Source of the DNA: Pseudomonadota bacterium
Lineage (GTDB): Bacteria > Pseudomonadota > Gammaproteobacteria > Burkholderiales > Casimicrobiaceae
Reading direction: 5' to 3'
Assembly (NCBI GenBank): GCA_009786025.1
Contig: WQUA01000001.1
Coordinates: 32,076-96,075, forward strand
DNA length: 64,000 bases
The notes under the pieces were generated by a model that worked only from the letters and a program-made list of their open reading frames with translations, was not told the DNA's origin and did no database searches. The first letter of the stretch is position 1. Each line of letters begins with the position of its first letter. A program made the translations under genes and the position numbers. This document shows, piece by piece, positions 27,296 through 38,953 of the stretch.

Positions 27296-28894
27296 CTACT
27301 CCCACTCAATCGTCGCCGGCGGTTTTCCTGAAATATCGTAAACGACGCGGTTGATGCCGCGCACTTCGTTGATGATGCGAGTGCTGGTGCGTGCCAGCAG
27401 ATCATGCGGCAGTGGCGCCCAGTGGGCGGTCATGAAGTCGGTGGTTTGGACGGCGCGCAGCGCGACGACGTGTTCGTAGGTGCGACCGTCACCCATCACG
27501 CCGACGGAGCGCACCGGCAGGAAAACAGCAAACGCCTGGGCAACGTTGTCGTACCAGTTGCGACCGTTGTCGGCGAGGGTGTTGCGCAATTCTTCGATGA
27601 AGATGGCGTCGGCGCGTTGCAGCAGTTCGATGTGTTTGCGGTCGTTGATCGCGCCGAGGATGCGAACGCCGAGGCCGGGGCCGGGGAATGGGTGGCGGTA
27701 AACCATTTCGTTTGGAAGGCCGAGGGTGACGCCCAGTTCGCGCACTTCGTCTTTGAACAGGTCACGCAACGGTTCGAGCAATTTCAGGTGCAGGGTTTCG
27801 GGCAGGCCGCCGACGTTGTGATGCGATTTGATGGTGTGCGCTTTTTTTGTTTTGGCGCCAGCCGATTCAATCACGTCAGGATAGATGGTGCCTTGCGCGA
27901 GCCAGCGGGCGTTTGGCAGTTTTGCCGCTTCACGCTGGAAGACGTCGATGAAAATTCTGCCGATGATTTTGCGTTTCTTTTCGGGGTCGGCTTCGCCGTG
28001 CAACGCCGAGAGGAATTCGTCGGCGGCGTTGATGTGGATTACGCGCACACCCATGTTTTTTTGGAAAGTGCGCATTACTTGTTCGGCTTCGTTCAGGCGC
28101 AGCAGGCCGTGATCGACAAAGACGCAGGTTAATTTGTCGCCGATGGCGCGGTGGAGCAGCGCAGCAACGACTGAAGAATCAACACCGCCGGACAGTCCGA
28201 GTAGCACTTCTTCGTCACCGACATGTTCGCGGATTGCGGCAACGGATTCTTCGGCGTAGGTTTTCATCGTCCAGTCTTCGCCACAGCCGCAAATGTCGTG
28301 CGCAAAGCGCGACAGAATCGCCGCGCCTTGTTTGGTGTGGGTGACTTCGGGATGGAATTGCACGCCGTAGAAGCGGCGCGTTTCGTCGCCGATGGCGGCG
28401 ATGGGGCAGTTTTGCGAGGTGCCGATGATGGTGAAGCCGGGCGGCAGTTCGGCGACTTTGTCGCCGTGGCTCATCCAGACATCGAGCAGGCCGTGGCCTT
28501 CGGCGTTGCTGCGATCCTGAAGGTCGCGCAGCAGCGCGGAATGGTTGCGAGCGCGCAGTTCGGCGTAACCGAATTCGCGCACATCGCCTGGCGAAACGTT
28601 GCCGCCGAGTTGTATCGCCATTGCGTGCATACCGTAGCAGATGCCGAGCACCGGAACGCCCAACATCCATACAGCTTCGGGCACGCGCGGCGAATCTTTT
28701 TCGGTGACGCTTTCCGGACTGCCGGAAAGGATGATGCCCTTCGGCGCAAAGGCGTGAACGAAATCATCGGCGACATCGAACGGATGGACTTCGCAATAGA
28801 CGTGCGTTTCGCGCAAGCGGCGGGCGATGAGTTGGGTGACTTGCGAACCGAAATCAAGGATCAGGATTCTGGCGTGGTGGGCGTGGTGGGACAT
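27296..28894 (-). CDS. guaA: GMP synthase (glutamine-hydrolysing)
   Basis: GATase domain (LGICYGMH) plus an ATP-PPase P-loop (SGGVDSSV) and the canonical C-terminus ..PPATIEWE. Confidence 0.95.
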   Translation of the reverse strand: MSHHAHHARILILDFGSQVTQLIARRLRETHVYCEVHPFDVADDFVHAFAPKGIILSGSPESVTEKDSPRVPEAVWMLGVPVLGICYGMHAMAIQLGGNVSPGDVREFGYAELRARNHSALLRDLQDRSNAEGHGLLDVWMSHGDKVAELPPGFTIIGTSQNCPIAAIGDETRRFYGVQFHPEVTHTKQGAAILSRFAHDICGCGEDWTMKTYAEESVAAIREHVGDEEVLLGLSGGVDSSVVAALLHRAIGDKLTCVFVDHGLLRLNEAEQVMRTFQKNMGVRVIHINAADEFLSALHGEADPEKKRKIIGRIFIDVFQREAAKLPNARWLAQGTIYPDVIESAGAKTKKAHTIKSHHNVGGLPETLHLKLLEPLRDLFKDEVRELGVTLGLPNEMVYRHPFPGPGLGVRILGAINDRKHIELLQRADAIFIEELRNTLADNGRNWYDNVAQAFAVFLPVRSVGVMGDGRTYEHVVALRAVQTTDFMTAHWAPLPHDLLARTSTRIINEVRGINRVVYDISGKPPATIEWE

Positions 28895-28936
28895 GGCAGG
28901 GTTTTAAAGATTAAAAGTTGTTTCCCTCTCCCCTAG

Positions 28937-28962
28937 CCCCTCTCCCGCAAGCAGGAGAGGGG
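28937..28962. repeat. CCCCTCTCCCgcaagcaGGAGAGGGG hairpin repeat in the guaB-guaA spacer
   Basis: Member of the dispersed CTCTCC..GGAGAG hairpin family. Confidence 0.6.
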
Positions 28963-29001
28963 AGCGGAGTTGTTTTGTTTCGCGCTTCAGAACAGCAGGT
29001 G

Positions 29002-30504
<1,503 letters not shown>

Positions 30505-30585
30505 TTATACTTGCGATGACGGCTCAAGCCCAAATCCAAAGGGCGCAAAGGGCATGGTTTCACATCTAACTTAAGAGGTAGCGTC

Positions 30586-31104
30586 ATGATTTCCCGCGCT
30601 TTTTCCATTGACTTTTTCCGTTCTTGCGGTTTTCCATCTCATGGCTCGGTGCGCCTGCTGGCGGCTGTTCTGGCGTTGGCGTTGAGCGCCTCGGTGTCGG
30701 CGGCGCTCTATAAATCGGTCGGCCCCGACGGTAAGGTGACGTATTCGGACAAGCCGCCAATGAGCGCCAAGGAGTCCGAAAAAACCGAGAAAATGCACGA
30801 TGTGCCGCCGCCGGGCGATCCCAACGCAGCCAAGAAGCTGTCGGAACAACAGGCGGATTTTCAGAAGCGGGCGGACGACCGCCAAGCCAATGAGAAAAAG
30901 GCGGCAGACGAGAAAAAAGAAAAGGCCGATCTGTTGCGGCGTTGCCAGGATGCGCGCACGGCGATCCGGCAGTACCGTGATACCGGCATGACGCTTTACC
31001 GCGCCGGCGAAAAAGAAGGAGAGCGGGTGGTGATGGATATGGACGCGCGGCTGAAAGAAGCGGTGCGCCTTGAGGAAGAAATGAAAAAAGCCGGGTGCGA
31101 GTGA
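30586..31104 (+). CDS. DUF4124-domain secreted protein
   Basis: Signal peptide, then LYKSVGPDGKVTYSDKPP (DUF4124 signature as I remember it), then a charged coiled-coil-like tail. Confidence 0.6.
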   Translation: MISRAFSIDFFRSCGFPSHGSVRLLAAVLALALSASVSAALYKSVGPDGKVTYSDKPPMSAKESEKTEKMHDVPPPGDPNAAKKLSEQQADFQKRADDRQANEKKAADEKKEKADLLRRCQDARTAIRQYRDTGMTLYRAGEKEGERVVMDMDARLKEAVRLEEEMKKAGCE

Positions 31105-31259
31105 CCCGGGTTTCGGAAACCGACAACCGACCGTTCTTGCAGGGTCGATTTCTGTTTCGGAAGTCCCATAATACCTGCATTGGCGAAGTTGTTTTTTTGT
31201 TTCCTCTTTTTGCATTACCATATGCCAAAAGGACACCACCTACGCAGAAGGAGACTCGC

Positions 31260-31721
31260 ATGACCACGACCCTGAAACAACTGCTTTCCAATAGACATCA
31301 GCCGCCTGCCGCGGTAAACCCCGACGATACGGTTTTTCACGCGCTGCAGGTTATGGCGGACAACAACATCGGCGCGGTTCTGGTGCTGGACGGGAAACGT
31401 CTGGTCGGTATTTTTTCGGAGCGCGATTACGCACGGAAAGTCATCTTGTTGGGAAAGGCTTCGCGCGATACCAAAGTACGCGAAATCATGACCGATAAGG
31501 TGCTTTGCGTGACGCTGTCGCATACGGTTGAAGAATGTATGGCGATCATGAGCAATCGCCACTTTCGCCATCTGCCAGTGCTCGACGGCGGCGGCGAACT
31601 GGCCGGCATCGTTTCGATCGGCGATCTGGTTGCAGAAACCATCCGCGAACAAAAGCTTGCTATCGAGCAACTGGAGCGCTATATCGTCAGCGATTATGGG
31701 ATGACCCAGTCGCCGGACTAA
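31260..31721 (+). CDS. CBS-domain pair protein
   Basis: Track ORF 31095..31721. I trimmed the start to the ATG at 31260, which follows GAAGGAG. Two CBS repeats are present (IGAVLVLDGKRLVGIFSERD; HLPVLDGGGELAGIVSIGD). Confidence 0.75.
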   Translation: MTTTLKQLLSNRHQPPAAVNPDDTVFHALQVMADNNIGAVLVLDGKRLVGIFSERDYARKVILLGKASRDTKVREIMTDKVLCVTLSHTVEECMAIMSNRHFRHLPVLDGGGELAGIVSIGDLVAETIREQKLAIEQLERYIVSDYGMTQSPD

Positions 31722-31781
31722 AAGCAAAATCCTGAGAGAAATCCGGAGCAACTCCGGCAAAGACCTTTCCTTCAGACAGAC

Positions 31782-31815
31782 AAACGGGAGCGGCCCTAAC
31801 GCCGCTCCCGTTTTT
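31782..31815 (+). terminator. intrinsic terminator after the CBS gene
   Basis: AACGGGAGCGGC-cctaac-GCCGCTCCCGTT followed by a T-run. Confidence 0.8.
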
Positions 31816-31886
31816 ATATTTTTTCCTCTCCTACGATGTTTCCAGTTTGGACGCCCTCGGGTGGGAGAGGGGATAGAGCAGAGCGA

Positions 31887-32684
31887 TTAAAACGCCGGGA
31901 CGACAGCGCCCTTGTATTTCTCTTCAATAAATTTCTTGACTTCTGCCGAAGTTAACGCGACGGCCAGTTTTTTCATCGCCGACGACTGTGCATTGTCCTC
32001 GCGCGCCACCAGAATGTTGACGTAGGGCGAATCGCGGCCTTCAAGCACCAGCGCGTCTTTCAAAGGGTTCAGTTTGGCTTCGAGCGCGTAGTTGGTGTTG
32101 ATCAAGGCCAGATCGACCTGGTCGATAACCCGTGGAAGGGTGGCCGCTTCGAGTTCGCGGAATTTGAGTTTTTTCGGGTTGTCGGCAATGTCGCGCGGCG
32201 TAGCGAGAATGTTTTTCGGGTCTTTCAATTTGATCACGTTGTGTGCTGCCAGCAACAGCAATGCCCGGCCGCCGTTGGTGGCGTCGTTGGGAATGGCGAC
32301 GGTAGCGCCTTCGGGCAGCGCTTTCAAATCGTGAACTTTTTTGGAATAGGCGCCGAACGGTTCGACGTGAACGCCGATGACGGAAACGAGTTTGGTGCCT
32401 TTGCTCTTGTTGAATTCATCGAGGTAGGGCTGGTGCTGGAAGTAGTTCGCGTCGATCCGTTTTTCGGCGACCTGGATGTTGGGTTGTACGTAATCGGTGA
32501 ACACTTTGATGTCCAGCGTTACGCCTTCTTTTTCCAGTTTGGGTTTGACGAATTCGAGAATTTCGGCGTGCGGCACGGCGGTTGCGGCGACGGTGAGTTT
32601 GTCAGCGGCAACGGCGAGTCCCGATGCGGCAAGACCGATAAGGCCGGCAGCGCCCAGGGCGGCGGTAAGACGAAACAGTTTCAT
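31887..32684 (-). CDS. metQ: methionine ABC transporter substrate-binding protein (NlpA/MetQ family)
   Basis: Track ORF 31887..32750. I trimmed the start to the ATG at 32684 (MKLFRLTAALGAAG, a signal peptide). The sequence is NlpA-family and the gene lies downstream of metI. Confidence 0.85.
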   Translation of the reverse strand: MKLFRLTAALGAAGLIGLAASGLAVAADKLTVAATAVPHAEILEFVKPKLEKEGVTLDIKVFTDYVQPNIQVAEKRIDANYFQHQPYLDEFNKSKGTKLVSVIGVHVEPFGAYSKKVHDLKALPEGATVAIPNDATNGGRALLLLAAHNVIKLKDPKNILATPRDIADNPKKLKFRELEAATLPRVIDQVDLALINTNYALEAKLNPLKDALVLEGRDSPYVNILVAREDNAQSSAMKKLAVALTSAEVKKFIEEKYKGAVVPAF

Positions 32685-32785
32685 GGTGAATCTCCTCAGT
32701 TTAACAAGTGTGTGGTAAATACATGACAAAGCGGAAAACACGAAGGCCAAGAATACCAGAGTTACAGCCTTTGCGGCTTTCGCGT

Positions 32786-33448
32786 TTACTTATGACTGAA
32801 ATGAAGCACCAGCCGGTCGCCGGCCATCTGCAGGAGTTGCACCATCACGATCAGCAGGGCGACGGTGACGATCATTACGTTATCCTGAAAGCGCTGATAG
32901 CCATAACGCACGGCCAGATCGCCCAGGCCGCCGCCGCCGAGTACGCCGGACATCGCTGTGTAACCGATCAACGCGATGGCGGTGACGGTGGCGCCAGCGA
33001 TGATGCCGGGCAAGGCCTCGGGCAGCAGCGCGCGGAGCACCAACTGGCGCGTGGAAGCGCCCATCGACTGTACGGCTTCGATGATGCCGTGATCGACTTC
33101 ACGTAACGCCGTTTCGACGAGACGCGCAAAAAACGGCGCTGCGCCGATCACCAGTGGCGGGATGGCGCCGGCGACGCCGAGCGAAGTGCCGATGAGCAAC
33201 AGCGTGAATGGAATCAGCACGATGATCAGAATGATGAACGGCACCGAGCGCAAGACGTTGACGATAAAAGATAACGCGGCATAGAAACGCGGTCGTTCGA
33301 TGATTTGATTCTTGCCGGTCAGAAATAGCAGAATGCCGAGAGGTAGTCCGAGAATCAGCGTGAAAATGAACGAGGCGCCGAGCATCAGCAAGGTATCGAG
33401 CGTTGCCTCGAGGATGTCAGGCCAGGGCAGCGTAGTGAAAAAGTCCAT
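32786..33448 (-). CDS. metI: methionine ABC transporter permease
   Basis: Five TM segments with a MetI-type EAA loop. The start overlaps the metN stop. Confidence 0.9.
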   Translation of the reverse strand: MDFFTTLPWPDILEATLDTLLMLGASFIFTLILGLPLGILLFLTGKNQIIERPRFYAALSFIVNVLRSVPFIILIIVLIPFTLLLIGTSLGVAGAIPPLVIGAAPFFARLVETALREVDHGIIEAVQSMGASTRQLVLRALLPEALPGIIAGATVTAIALIGYTAMSGVLGGGGLGDLAVRYGYQRFQDNVMIVTVALLIVMVQLLQMAGDRLVLHFSHK

Positions 33449-34476
33449 CAGTTAAGCTCCTCGACGGTCAATCCTTCTTCGCGGAAACGACGCAGCGCTT
33501 CATTGATGTTGCGTCCGCTATCGCGGTCGCCAAGCCCCAACACCAGTTGCCCATAAGGAACATTTTTGATGCGGTCGATGCGGCCGCTCAGAATACTGAA
33601 ATCGACATCACACTGACGGGTAATACGTCCCAGTACCGGCTCGTAAGTGGTTTCATTGCGGAACGTCAACCGGATCAGGCGGCCGCTGACATGTGAAAAC
33701 GCGGTGTACAGCGTTTCTTCGTCGATGTCTTCGGACTCGTAAACGAAGCGCCGCGAAGTCTGATGTTGCGGATGCAGAAAAACATCGGCGACATCGCCGG
33801 ATTCAACGATACGGCCATTGTCGAGCACGGCAACGCGATCACACAGGGTGCGGATGACGTTCATTTCGTGGGTAATCAACACGATGGTCAAATGTAGTTC
33901 GCGATTGATTTCGTCGAGCAGGCGCAGCACTGATTGCGTGGTTTGTGGGTCGAGCGCTGAAGTCGCTTCGTCGCACAGCAGAATATGCGGTTGCGTGGCC
34001 AACGCCCGAGCGATACCGACGCGCTGCTTTTGCCCGCCGGATAATTGGGCAGGATATTTGTGGGTATGCTCGGTCAGGCCGACGCGTTCGATCAACTCAG
34101 CGACGCGCTTCTGAATCTCGGCAGCGCTGTGGCGCCCGGCGATTCGAAGCGGAAAAGCGATGTTGTCGGCAACGGTTTTCGACGACAGCAGATTGAAATG
34201 CTGGAAGATCATGCCGATTCGCTGGCGTAATGCGCGTAAGCCGGCGCCGTCGAAGCGCGTCACATCTTCACCGTTTACCAGGACACGACCATCGCTCGGG
34301 CGTTCGAGCAAGTTGATCAGCCGGATCAGCGTCGATTTACCAGCGCCGGAGTGGCCGATGACGCCGAACACTTCGCCGGCGGTAACGCTCAGATCGATAC
34401 CGGTCAGCGCCGGAATATCGCGTTTATGGACGCGGTAATTTTTGCTGACGTTCTGAAATTCGAGGATAGCGGACAC
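33448..34476 (-). CDS. metN: methionine ABC transporter ATP-binding protein
   Basis: Walker A (GHSGAGKST), the LSGGQKQR signature, Walker B ([11 protein letters not shown]) and a C-terminal NIL-type regulatory domain. GTG start. Confidence 0.9.
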   Translation of the reverse strand: MSAILEFQNVSKNYRVHKRDIPALTGIDLSVTAGEVFGVIGHSGAGKSTLIRLINLLERPSDGRVLVNGEDVTRFDGAGLRALRQRIGMIFQHFNLLSSKTVADNIAFPLRIAGRHSAAEIQKRVAELIERVGLTEHTHKYPAQLSGGQKQRVGIARALATQPHILLCDEATSALDPQTTQSVLRLLDEINRELHLTIVLITHEMNVIRTLCDRVAVLDNGRIVESGDVADVFLHPQHQTSRRFVYESEDIDEETLYTAFSHVSGRLIRLTFRNETTYEPVLGRITRQCDVDFSILSGRIDRIKNVPYGQLVLGLGDRDSGRNINEALRRFREEGLTVEELN

Positions 34477-34506
34477 TATGCGAAAATGCTTCTGAAAAAG
34501 GTTGAA

Positions 34507-34530
34507 AAAGGGCGCACCACTGCGCCCTTT
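34507..34530 (-). terminator. hairpin plus U-run between the large surface-protein gene and metN
   Basis: On the minus strand: AAAGGGCGC-agtggt-GCGCCCTTTTT. It lies 150 nt after the upstream stop and only 30 nt before the metN GTG. An extended -10 (TGCTAGAAT) sits just upstream of it. Confidence 0.5.
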
Positions 34531-34676
34531 CGCATTCTAGCATTTTCAGTATGAGCCGACGCGTGTTGAATTCTTACAATAGAATCAGGCATTACAACGT
34601 CAACTCAGCGGGTTGGGATTCACCATGCGTATCCCAACCTGTTTTCACACATGCTGACGACGATTCGATCAGGCCG

Positions 34677-37600
34677 TCAGTTTCGTCGAATCGCGCGTAT
34701 CGGAACCATTCCCAGTAGTCCGACCAGCACGGCCAGCAGCCAGAGCGCCCGACTGTCGAGCGCAGGTACAGGTGTGGTTATCGACAGCGGCCCTGGCCCT
34801 GGTCCCGGCGGACCGATGATGATGAACTGTTGTACCGACGTTGCTGCAGCAAAGCCGGCGCCGGCGGCCTGATTCGCATCGAGGATGCAGGTGCCTTCAC
34901 CGGTGAACATAACGGTTACCGGTGGCCCTGCCGAGATCGTGCAAGCGCCCGTTGTTGAGGCGGGGTCGATCGAGAATGTGACCGGGCTGCCCGAAAGGCC
35001 ACCGGTCGCGCTTGGCTTGTAGGCGCCGCCGACGGTCGGGTGGGTGGGCGGCGCCGAAGTGAACGTAATGGTCTGGCTCGCCAGGCCGATCGCAATGTTC
35101 TGCCTGACTTGCATGGCTGGCGCATAGGTACCGTTGCCGCTCTGATCCGCCGCAATCGTGCAAGTGCCGGCCGTGGCTATGGTCACCATCGTACCGACGA
35201 TCGAGCATGCGCCTGTCAACGAGCTGTACGTTACTGTCAAACCGCTGGAGGCGGATGCGACCGGATTGAGCAGGAATGTGTCGCCGGTGGTGAACGTCGG
35301 ATGGCTCGACGGCGTTTGCGCTCCAAATGTGATGGTCTGATTCTTCTTGCTGACGGTAATGTTTTGCGACACCTGGGTAGCTGCGCCGTAATTGGTGTTC
35401 CCCGCCTGGTTCGCATTGATGGTGCAGACGCCTGCGGCGTTGAAAGTGACCGTTGCCGGTGGCGTCGTGATGGAGCAGACACCTGTTGTTGTGAACGTGA
35501 CCGGATTGCCCGAAAGGCCGCCAGTTGCGTTTACCGTATAAGTATCGGTTACGGTCGCGTTCGTCGGCGGCGTGGAGGTGAACGTGATGGTCTGGCTTGC
35601 TACGCCGATGCCGATGCTTTGTCTTACTTGCGTAGCCGGTGCGTAAGTGCCATTACCAGCCTGATCTGCGGCGATGGTACAGGTGCCGACCGCGCTCATG
35701 GTTACCAACGTACCGACGATTGAGCATACGCCCGTCGTCAGCGAACTGTACGCTATCGCCAAGCCGCTGGAAGTGGATGCGGTCGGGCTGAGCAGGAACG
35801 TGCCGTTGGCGACGAATGTGCGGTTCGGTGTTGTCTGCGGCCCAAACGCGATGAGTTGGCTCTTCTTGTTGACTGTGATGGGTTGCTGCACTTGCAGAGC
35901 CGCACTGTAGTTAGTGTTGCCGGCCTGATTCGCATTGATGGTACAAACGCCTGCGGTATTGAAGGTGACCGTTGAGCTCGAGATCGAACAGACGCTTGTC
36001 GAGGATGGGTCGATGGTGAGGGCTACCGCCAAATTAGAACTGGCCTTCGCGTTGACCACATAGGTATCACCTACGGTAGCATTCGTTGGCGGTGTTGAAG
36101 TGAACGTAATGGATTGCCCTGCCTGGACGACGGTGATGGTATATTGCACTGGCGGGGCAGCGTTATAGTTGGCGTTGCCGGCCTGATTCATGTTGATGGT
36201 GCAAACGCCTACGGCATTGAACTTTACGGTTGATCCGGTGATTGAACAAACGCTTGCTGAAGTTGTGGCAATCGAAAACGCTACCGTCAGATTTGAACTT
36301 GCCGTTGCATTCATCACATAGGTGTCGCCGAAGGTTGCCGTCGCCGGCAGCCCGGCGGGCAGTGAAATCGTCTGATCAAGTTTGCCGACACTGATCGTTT
36401 GTTGCACTTGCGGCGCCGGGTCGTAGGCGGCGTTACCGGCCTGATTGGCGCTGATCGTGCAGGTGCCCGCTGCGTTGAAAGTGACCGTCGCTGGCGGCGT
36501 CGTGATCGAACAGGCGCCCGCCGCCGTGAATGTGACAGCGTTGGTTGAGCCGCCGCCGGTTGCGGCGACTGTATAGGTGCCGCCTATGGTGGCGGGCGAT
36601 GGTGGTGTTGAAGTGAATGTGATCGTCTGGCTCGTTTTACCGGTGCTGGCGCAAAGATCGGGGGCGGTGGGCCCGCCGCCGGCAGAATTCGCGGGATCGA
36701 ACACCGTAACGGTGTAGCAATAGGTAGTCAAGCTCGCGCCGGAGGCGTTCGACACTTGTATCTTGTAGGAAGTGTCGTTCATGCCTGCCACAAAGGCCGG
36801 CAGACCATTCGGTACAAATCGCAGCGTATTATCGCCATAACCGGTGGGTAACGCGGCGACTGAGGTTACCGGCACATTGACGCCACCGCTCGTGGTTATG
36901 GTCACCGTGGCGGCGCCGAAATTGGCGCCCGGATAAGAAATCGTCCAGATGCCCGAAGAGGGGATCAACGAATAAGGAACGAAGTTGGGGCTGGGCCAAG
37001 CAACCCAAGCCTTACCTGCGGCTGAGTTGCTGAACAGGCTTGACTGCTCGTCGGAGGCGGCAAAAACGCGCAGGGCGTTGGCGGAATAACCGACAGTGCT
37101 GACGATGTCGCTGGTCGCAAAGCCGATTTGCCGCGTATAGAGCACCCAGCGCCGATGTCCCATCGTGTTGAAGTTCTCGGGAGTGTTGTCTTCGTCTATA
37201 TAGAGGTCGATGGCGGCCGGGCCGGTGACGGCGCTGCTGGGGTATCCCAGGGTCAGATTGGAGGTGCTGGCGCCAGCGCTTACGTTCGCGTTATAACAAG
37301 TGCCGGAGGTGGGACTATGGGTCAGGGTAGTGTTTGCAACCATATACAATGCCGCCTGTCGCGCACGATTGACGACAGTGGCGTTGTTGACGACGGCAGG
37401 GTCTGATCCGGAACCGGAAGCAGCAGCAGAATCGCTGATCACATACGTCGAAGGTAGCCCGGCTAAGGCGCGATAAAAATTCGCTGTGGTGATGGTCGCT
37501 TTTTGGTGAACAAGGGTCGTCGTTCCGGCGTTGCAGTTTGCTACGTTACCGGCCCAGCTGGAGGGAACAGTGTGAGCGGGGGCATAGATGGTGCCGTAAG

Positions 37601-37706
37601 CGGTGCTCACCTCGGTTCGGCTGGTGGTATCAATCGTAAACGCTGACAGGTTTGTTGAGAGCAGCGCCAGCAAACCGGCAAAGAAAATTCCCAAGCGGCG
37701 AATCAT
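34677..37706 (-). CDS. large secreted repeat protein: CAP/SCP-like domain, seven Cys-pair repeats, IPTL/PEP-CTERM-like sorting tail
   Basis: Track ORF 34677..37721 starts at TTG. The ATG at 37706 follows AGGAG. The signal peptide is MIRRLGIFFAGLLALLSTNLSA. A CAP-like block ends in MGHRRWVLY. Seven 85-89-aa repeats carry the ..C.I....V.F...G.CTI.A.QAGN..Y pattern. The C-terminus is GPPGPGPGP..VPALDSRALWLLAVLVGLLGMVPIRAIRRN. Confidence 0.8.
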   Translation of the reverse strand: MIRRLGIFFAGLLALLSTNLSAFTIDTTSRTEVSTAYGTIYAPAHTVPSSWAGNVANCNAGTTTLVHQKATITTANFYRALAGLPSTYVISDSAAASGSGSDPAVVNNATVVNRARQAALYMVANTTLTHSPTSGTCYNANVSAGASTSNLTLGYPSSAVTGPAAIDLYIDEDNTPENFNTMGHRRWVLYTRQIGFATSDIVSTVGYSANALRVFAASDEQSSLFSNSAAGKAWVAWPSPNFVPYSLIPSSGIWTISYPGANFGAATVTITTSGGVNVPVTSVAALPTGYGDNTLRFVPNGLPAFVAGMNDTSYKIQVSNASGASLTTYCYTVTVFDPANSAGGGPTAPDLCASTGKTSQTITFTSTPPSPATIGGTYTVAATGGGSTNAVTFTAAGACSITTPPATVTFNAAGTCTISANQAGNAAYDPAPQVQQTISVGKLDQTISLPAGLPATATFGDTYVMNATASSNLTVAFSIATTSASVCSITGSTVKFNAVGVCTINMNQAGNANYNAAPPVQYTITVVQAGQSITFTSTPPTNATVGDTYVVNAKASSNLAVALTIDPSSTSVCSISSSTVTFNTAGVCTINANQAGNTNYSAALQVQQPITVNKKSQLIAFGPQTTPNRTFVANGTFLLSPTASTSSGLAIAYSSLTTGVCSIVGTLVTMSAVGTCTIAADQAGNGTYAPATQVRQSIGIGVASQTITFTSTPPTNATVTDTYTVNATGGLSGNPVTFTTTGVCSITTPPATVTFNAAGVCTINANQAGNTNYGAATQVSQNITVSKKNQTITFGAQTPSSHPTFTTGDTFLLNPVASASSGLTVTYSSLTGACSIVGTMVTIATAGTCTIAADQSGNGTYAPAMQVRQNIAIGLASQTITFTSAPPTHPTVGGAYKPSATGGLSGSPVTFSIDPASTTGACTISAGPPVTVMFTGEGTCILDANQAAGAGFAAATSVQQFIIIGPPGPGPGPLSITTPVPALDSRALWLLAVLVGLLGMVPIRAIRRN
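34812..36632 (-). repeat. seven in-frame tandem coding repeats (255-267 nt each) of two alternating subtypes
   Basis: Repeat boundaries were read from the translation (SQTITFTS.. / SQLIAFGPQ.. / NQTITFGAQ..). Repeats 4-5 and 6-7 form a higher-order duplicated pair. Confidence 0.85.
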
Positions 37707-38088
37707 GATGCACTCCTGCAAAGAGTTGAAGGATGAAAGCCATACGGCTTGCGCCCCTCCCTGTCACCAGACTGCCTAGCTCCGACGTTTATAGAATGCC
37801 TATATGACGAAGTGAGTGTATCAAAGGCTTATTTTTGGAACAAGCGGAAACACCCGCCATGGTGAGGTAATAGATTGTAAAAATAGGCCATGATTTGGCC
37901 TCGTTTTCAATAGGGTTAAAGGCGACGATGGTATGGCAAGGCATGTATCACCGGCGCTATTGCTATCTGGGGCGGATAGGTCGATTTTTTCTTGTTCGCG
38001 TGAATTGGTTTTTCCAGTTGAGGGGCTGCTTATAGCAGGCGACGGGCCGCCGTTTGGTTCCCGGTTTTGGAACTCTGATCAGGCTGCG

Positions 38089-38949
38089 TTATACCGATTT
38101 TCCCGATCCGGTCGTGCTCATTTCACGGTGGCGAGTGATGACTTGATAATGCTGTCGGAACAGCGCGGACAGGCGCTCGACCAAGTAAACCGAGCGATGA
38201 CGACCGCCGGTACAACCGATGGCGACGGTCAGATAATTGCGGTTGTCGCGTTTGTAATCGGGCAACCAGCTCGAAACAAAATAGTAAATATCGTTGAACA
38301 TCCGCTCAACTTCCGGTGACGCTTCGAGGAAGGCTGCTACTGCCGCATCGCGGCCGGTAAGCGGCGCTAGCGCCGGTTCATAGTGCGGGTTGGGCAGGCA
38401 GCGCACGTCGAACACCAGATCGGCATCGAGCGGCACGCCGTGTTTGAATCCGAACGATTCGAAAAGCAGCGATAAACGAGAAGCGTCAACGCCAACGAAT
38501 TCCTTGATCCACGCGCGCAACGCGGCGGCAGGAAGATCGCTGGTGTCGAATGCAAAGGCGATCTCGCGCAAACCGGCGACGCTGCGACGCTCGTGCTCAA
38601 TCGCTTCGGTGAGTGTGCATTCATCGCTGGAAAACGGATGGCGGCGGCGGGTTTCGGAAAAGCGTTTGACCAGTGTGTCTGTTTTGGCATCGAGAAAGAG
38701 AAAGCGCACGTCCCACCCGGCTTGGCGCAGCGCTTTGAGAGTTTCATCGAGTTGCGGAAAGCCTGGTGCGGTTTTGGCGTCGAGCGTGATCGCCAGGCGC
38801 GTTTGACCAGTGTTGCCGAGAAAGGAGGCGGTGTCTTTCAACAGCGGCAGTGGCAAATTACTGACAGGGTAATAACCGGAATCCTCTAGCGCCGTCAGCG
38901 CTACGTTTTTACCGGACCCCGAAACGCCACTGATAAGCAGAATATCCAT
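38089..38949 (-). CDS. rapZ: RNase adapter protein RapZ
   Basis: The N-terminus MDILLISGVSGSGKNVALTALEDSGYY contains a P-loop. It also has the C-terminal GCTGGRHRSV motif. Confidence 0.9.
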   Translation of the reverse strand: MDILLISGVSGSGKNVALTALEDSGYYPVSNLPLPLLKDTASFLGNTGQTRLAITLDAKTAPGFPQLDETLKALRQAGWDVRFLFLDAKTDTLVKRFSETRRRHPFSSDECTLTEAIEHERRSVAGLREIAFAFDTSDLPAAALRAWIKEFVGVDASRLSLLFESFGFKHGVPLDADLVFDVRCLPNPHYEPALAPLTGRDAAVAAFLEASPEVERMFNDIYYFVSSWLPDYKRDNRNYLTVAIGCTGGRHRSVYLVERLSALFRQHYQVITRHREMSTTGSGKSV

Positions 38950-38953
38950 AATC

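Noticed and set aside
34812-36632. A regular tandem repeat pattern, considered as a CRISPR-like or satellite array.
   Set aside because: The repeats are 255-267 nt, in frame, and encode the repeated domain of the large surface protein. There is no spacer/repeat architecture.
37933-38319. A 128-aa ORF on the plus strand upstream of, and overlapping, rapZ.
   Set aside because: Its 3' two-thirds is antisense to the strongly supported rapZ gene, and the remaining part has no motif or RBS.
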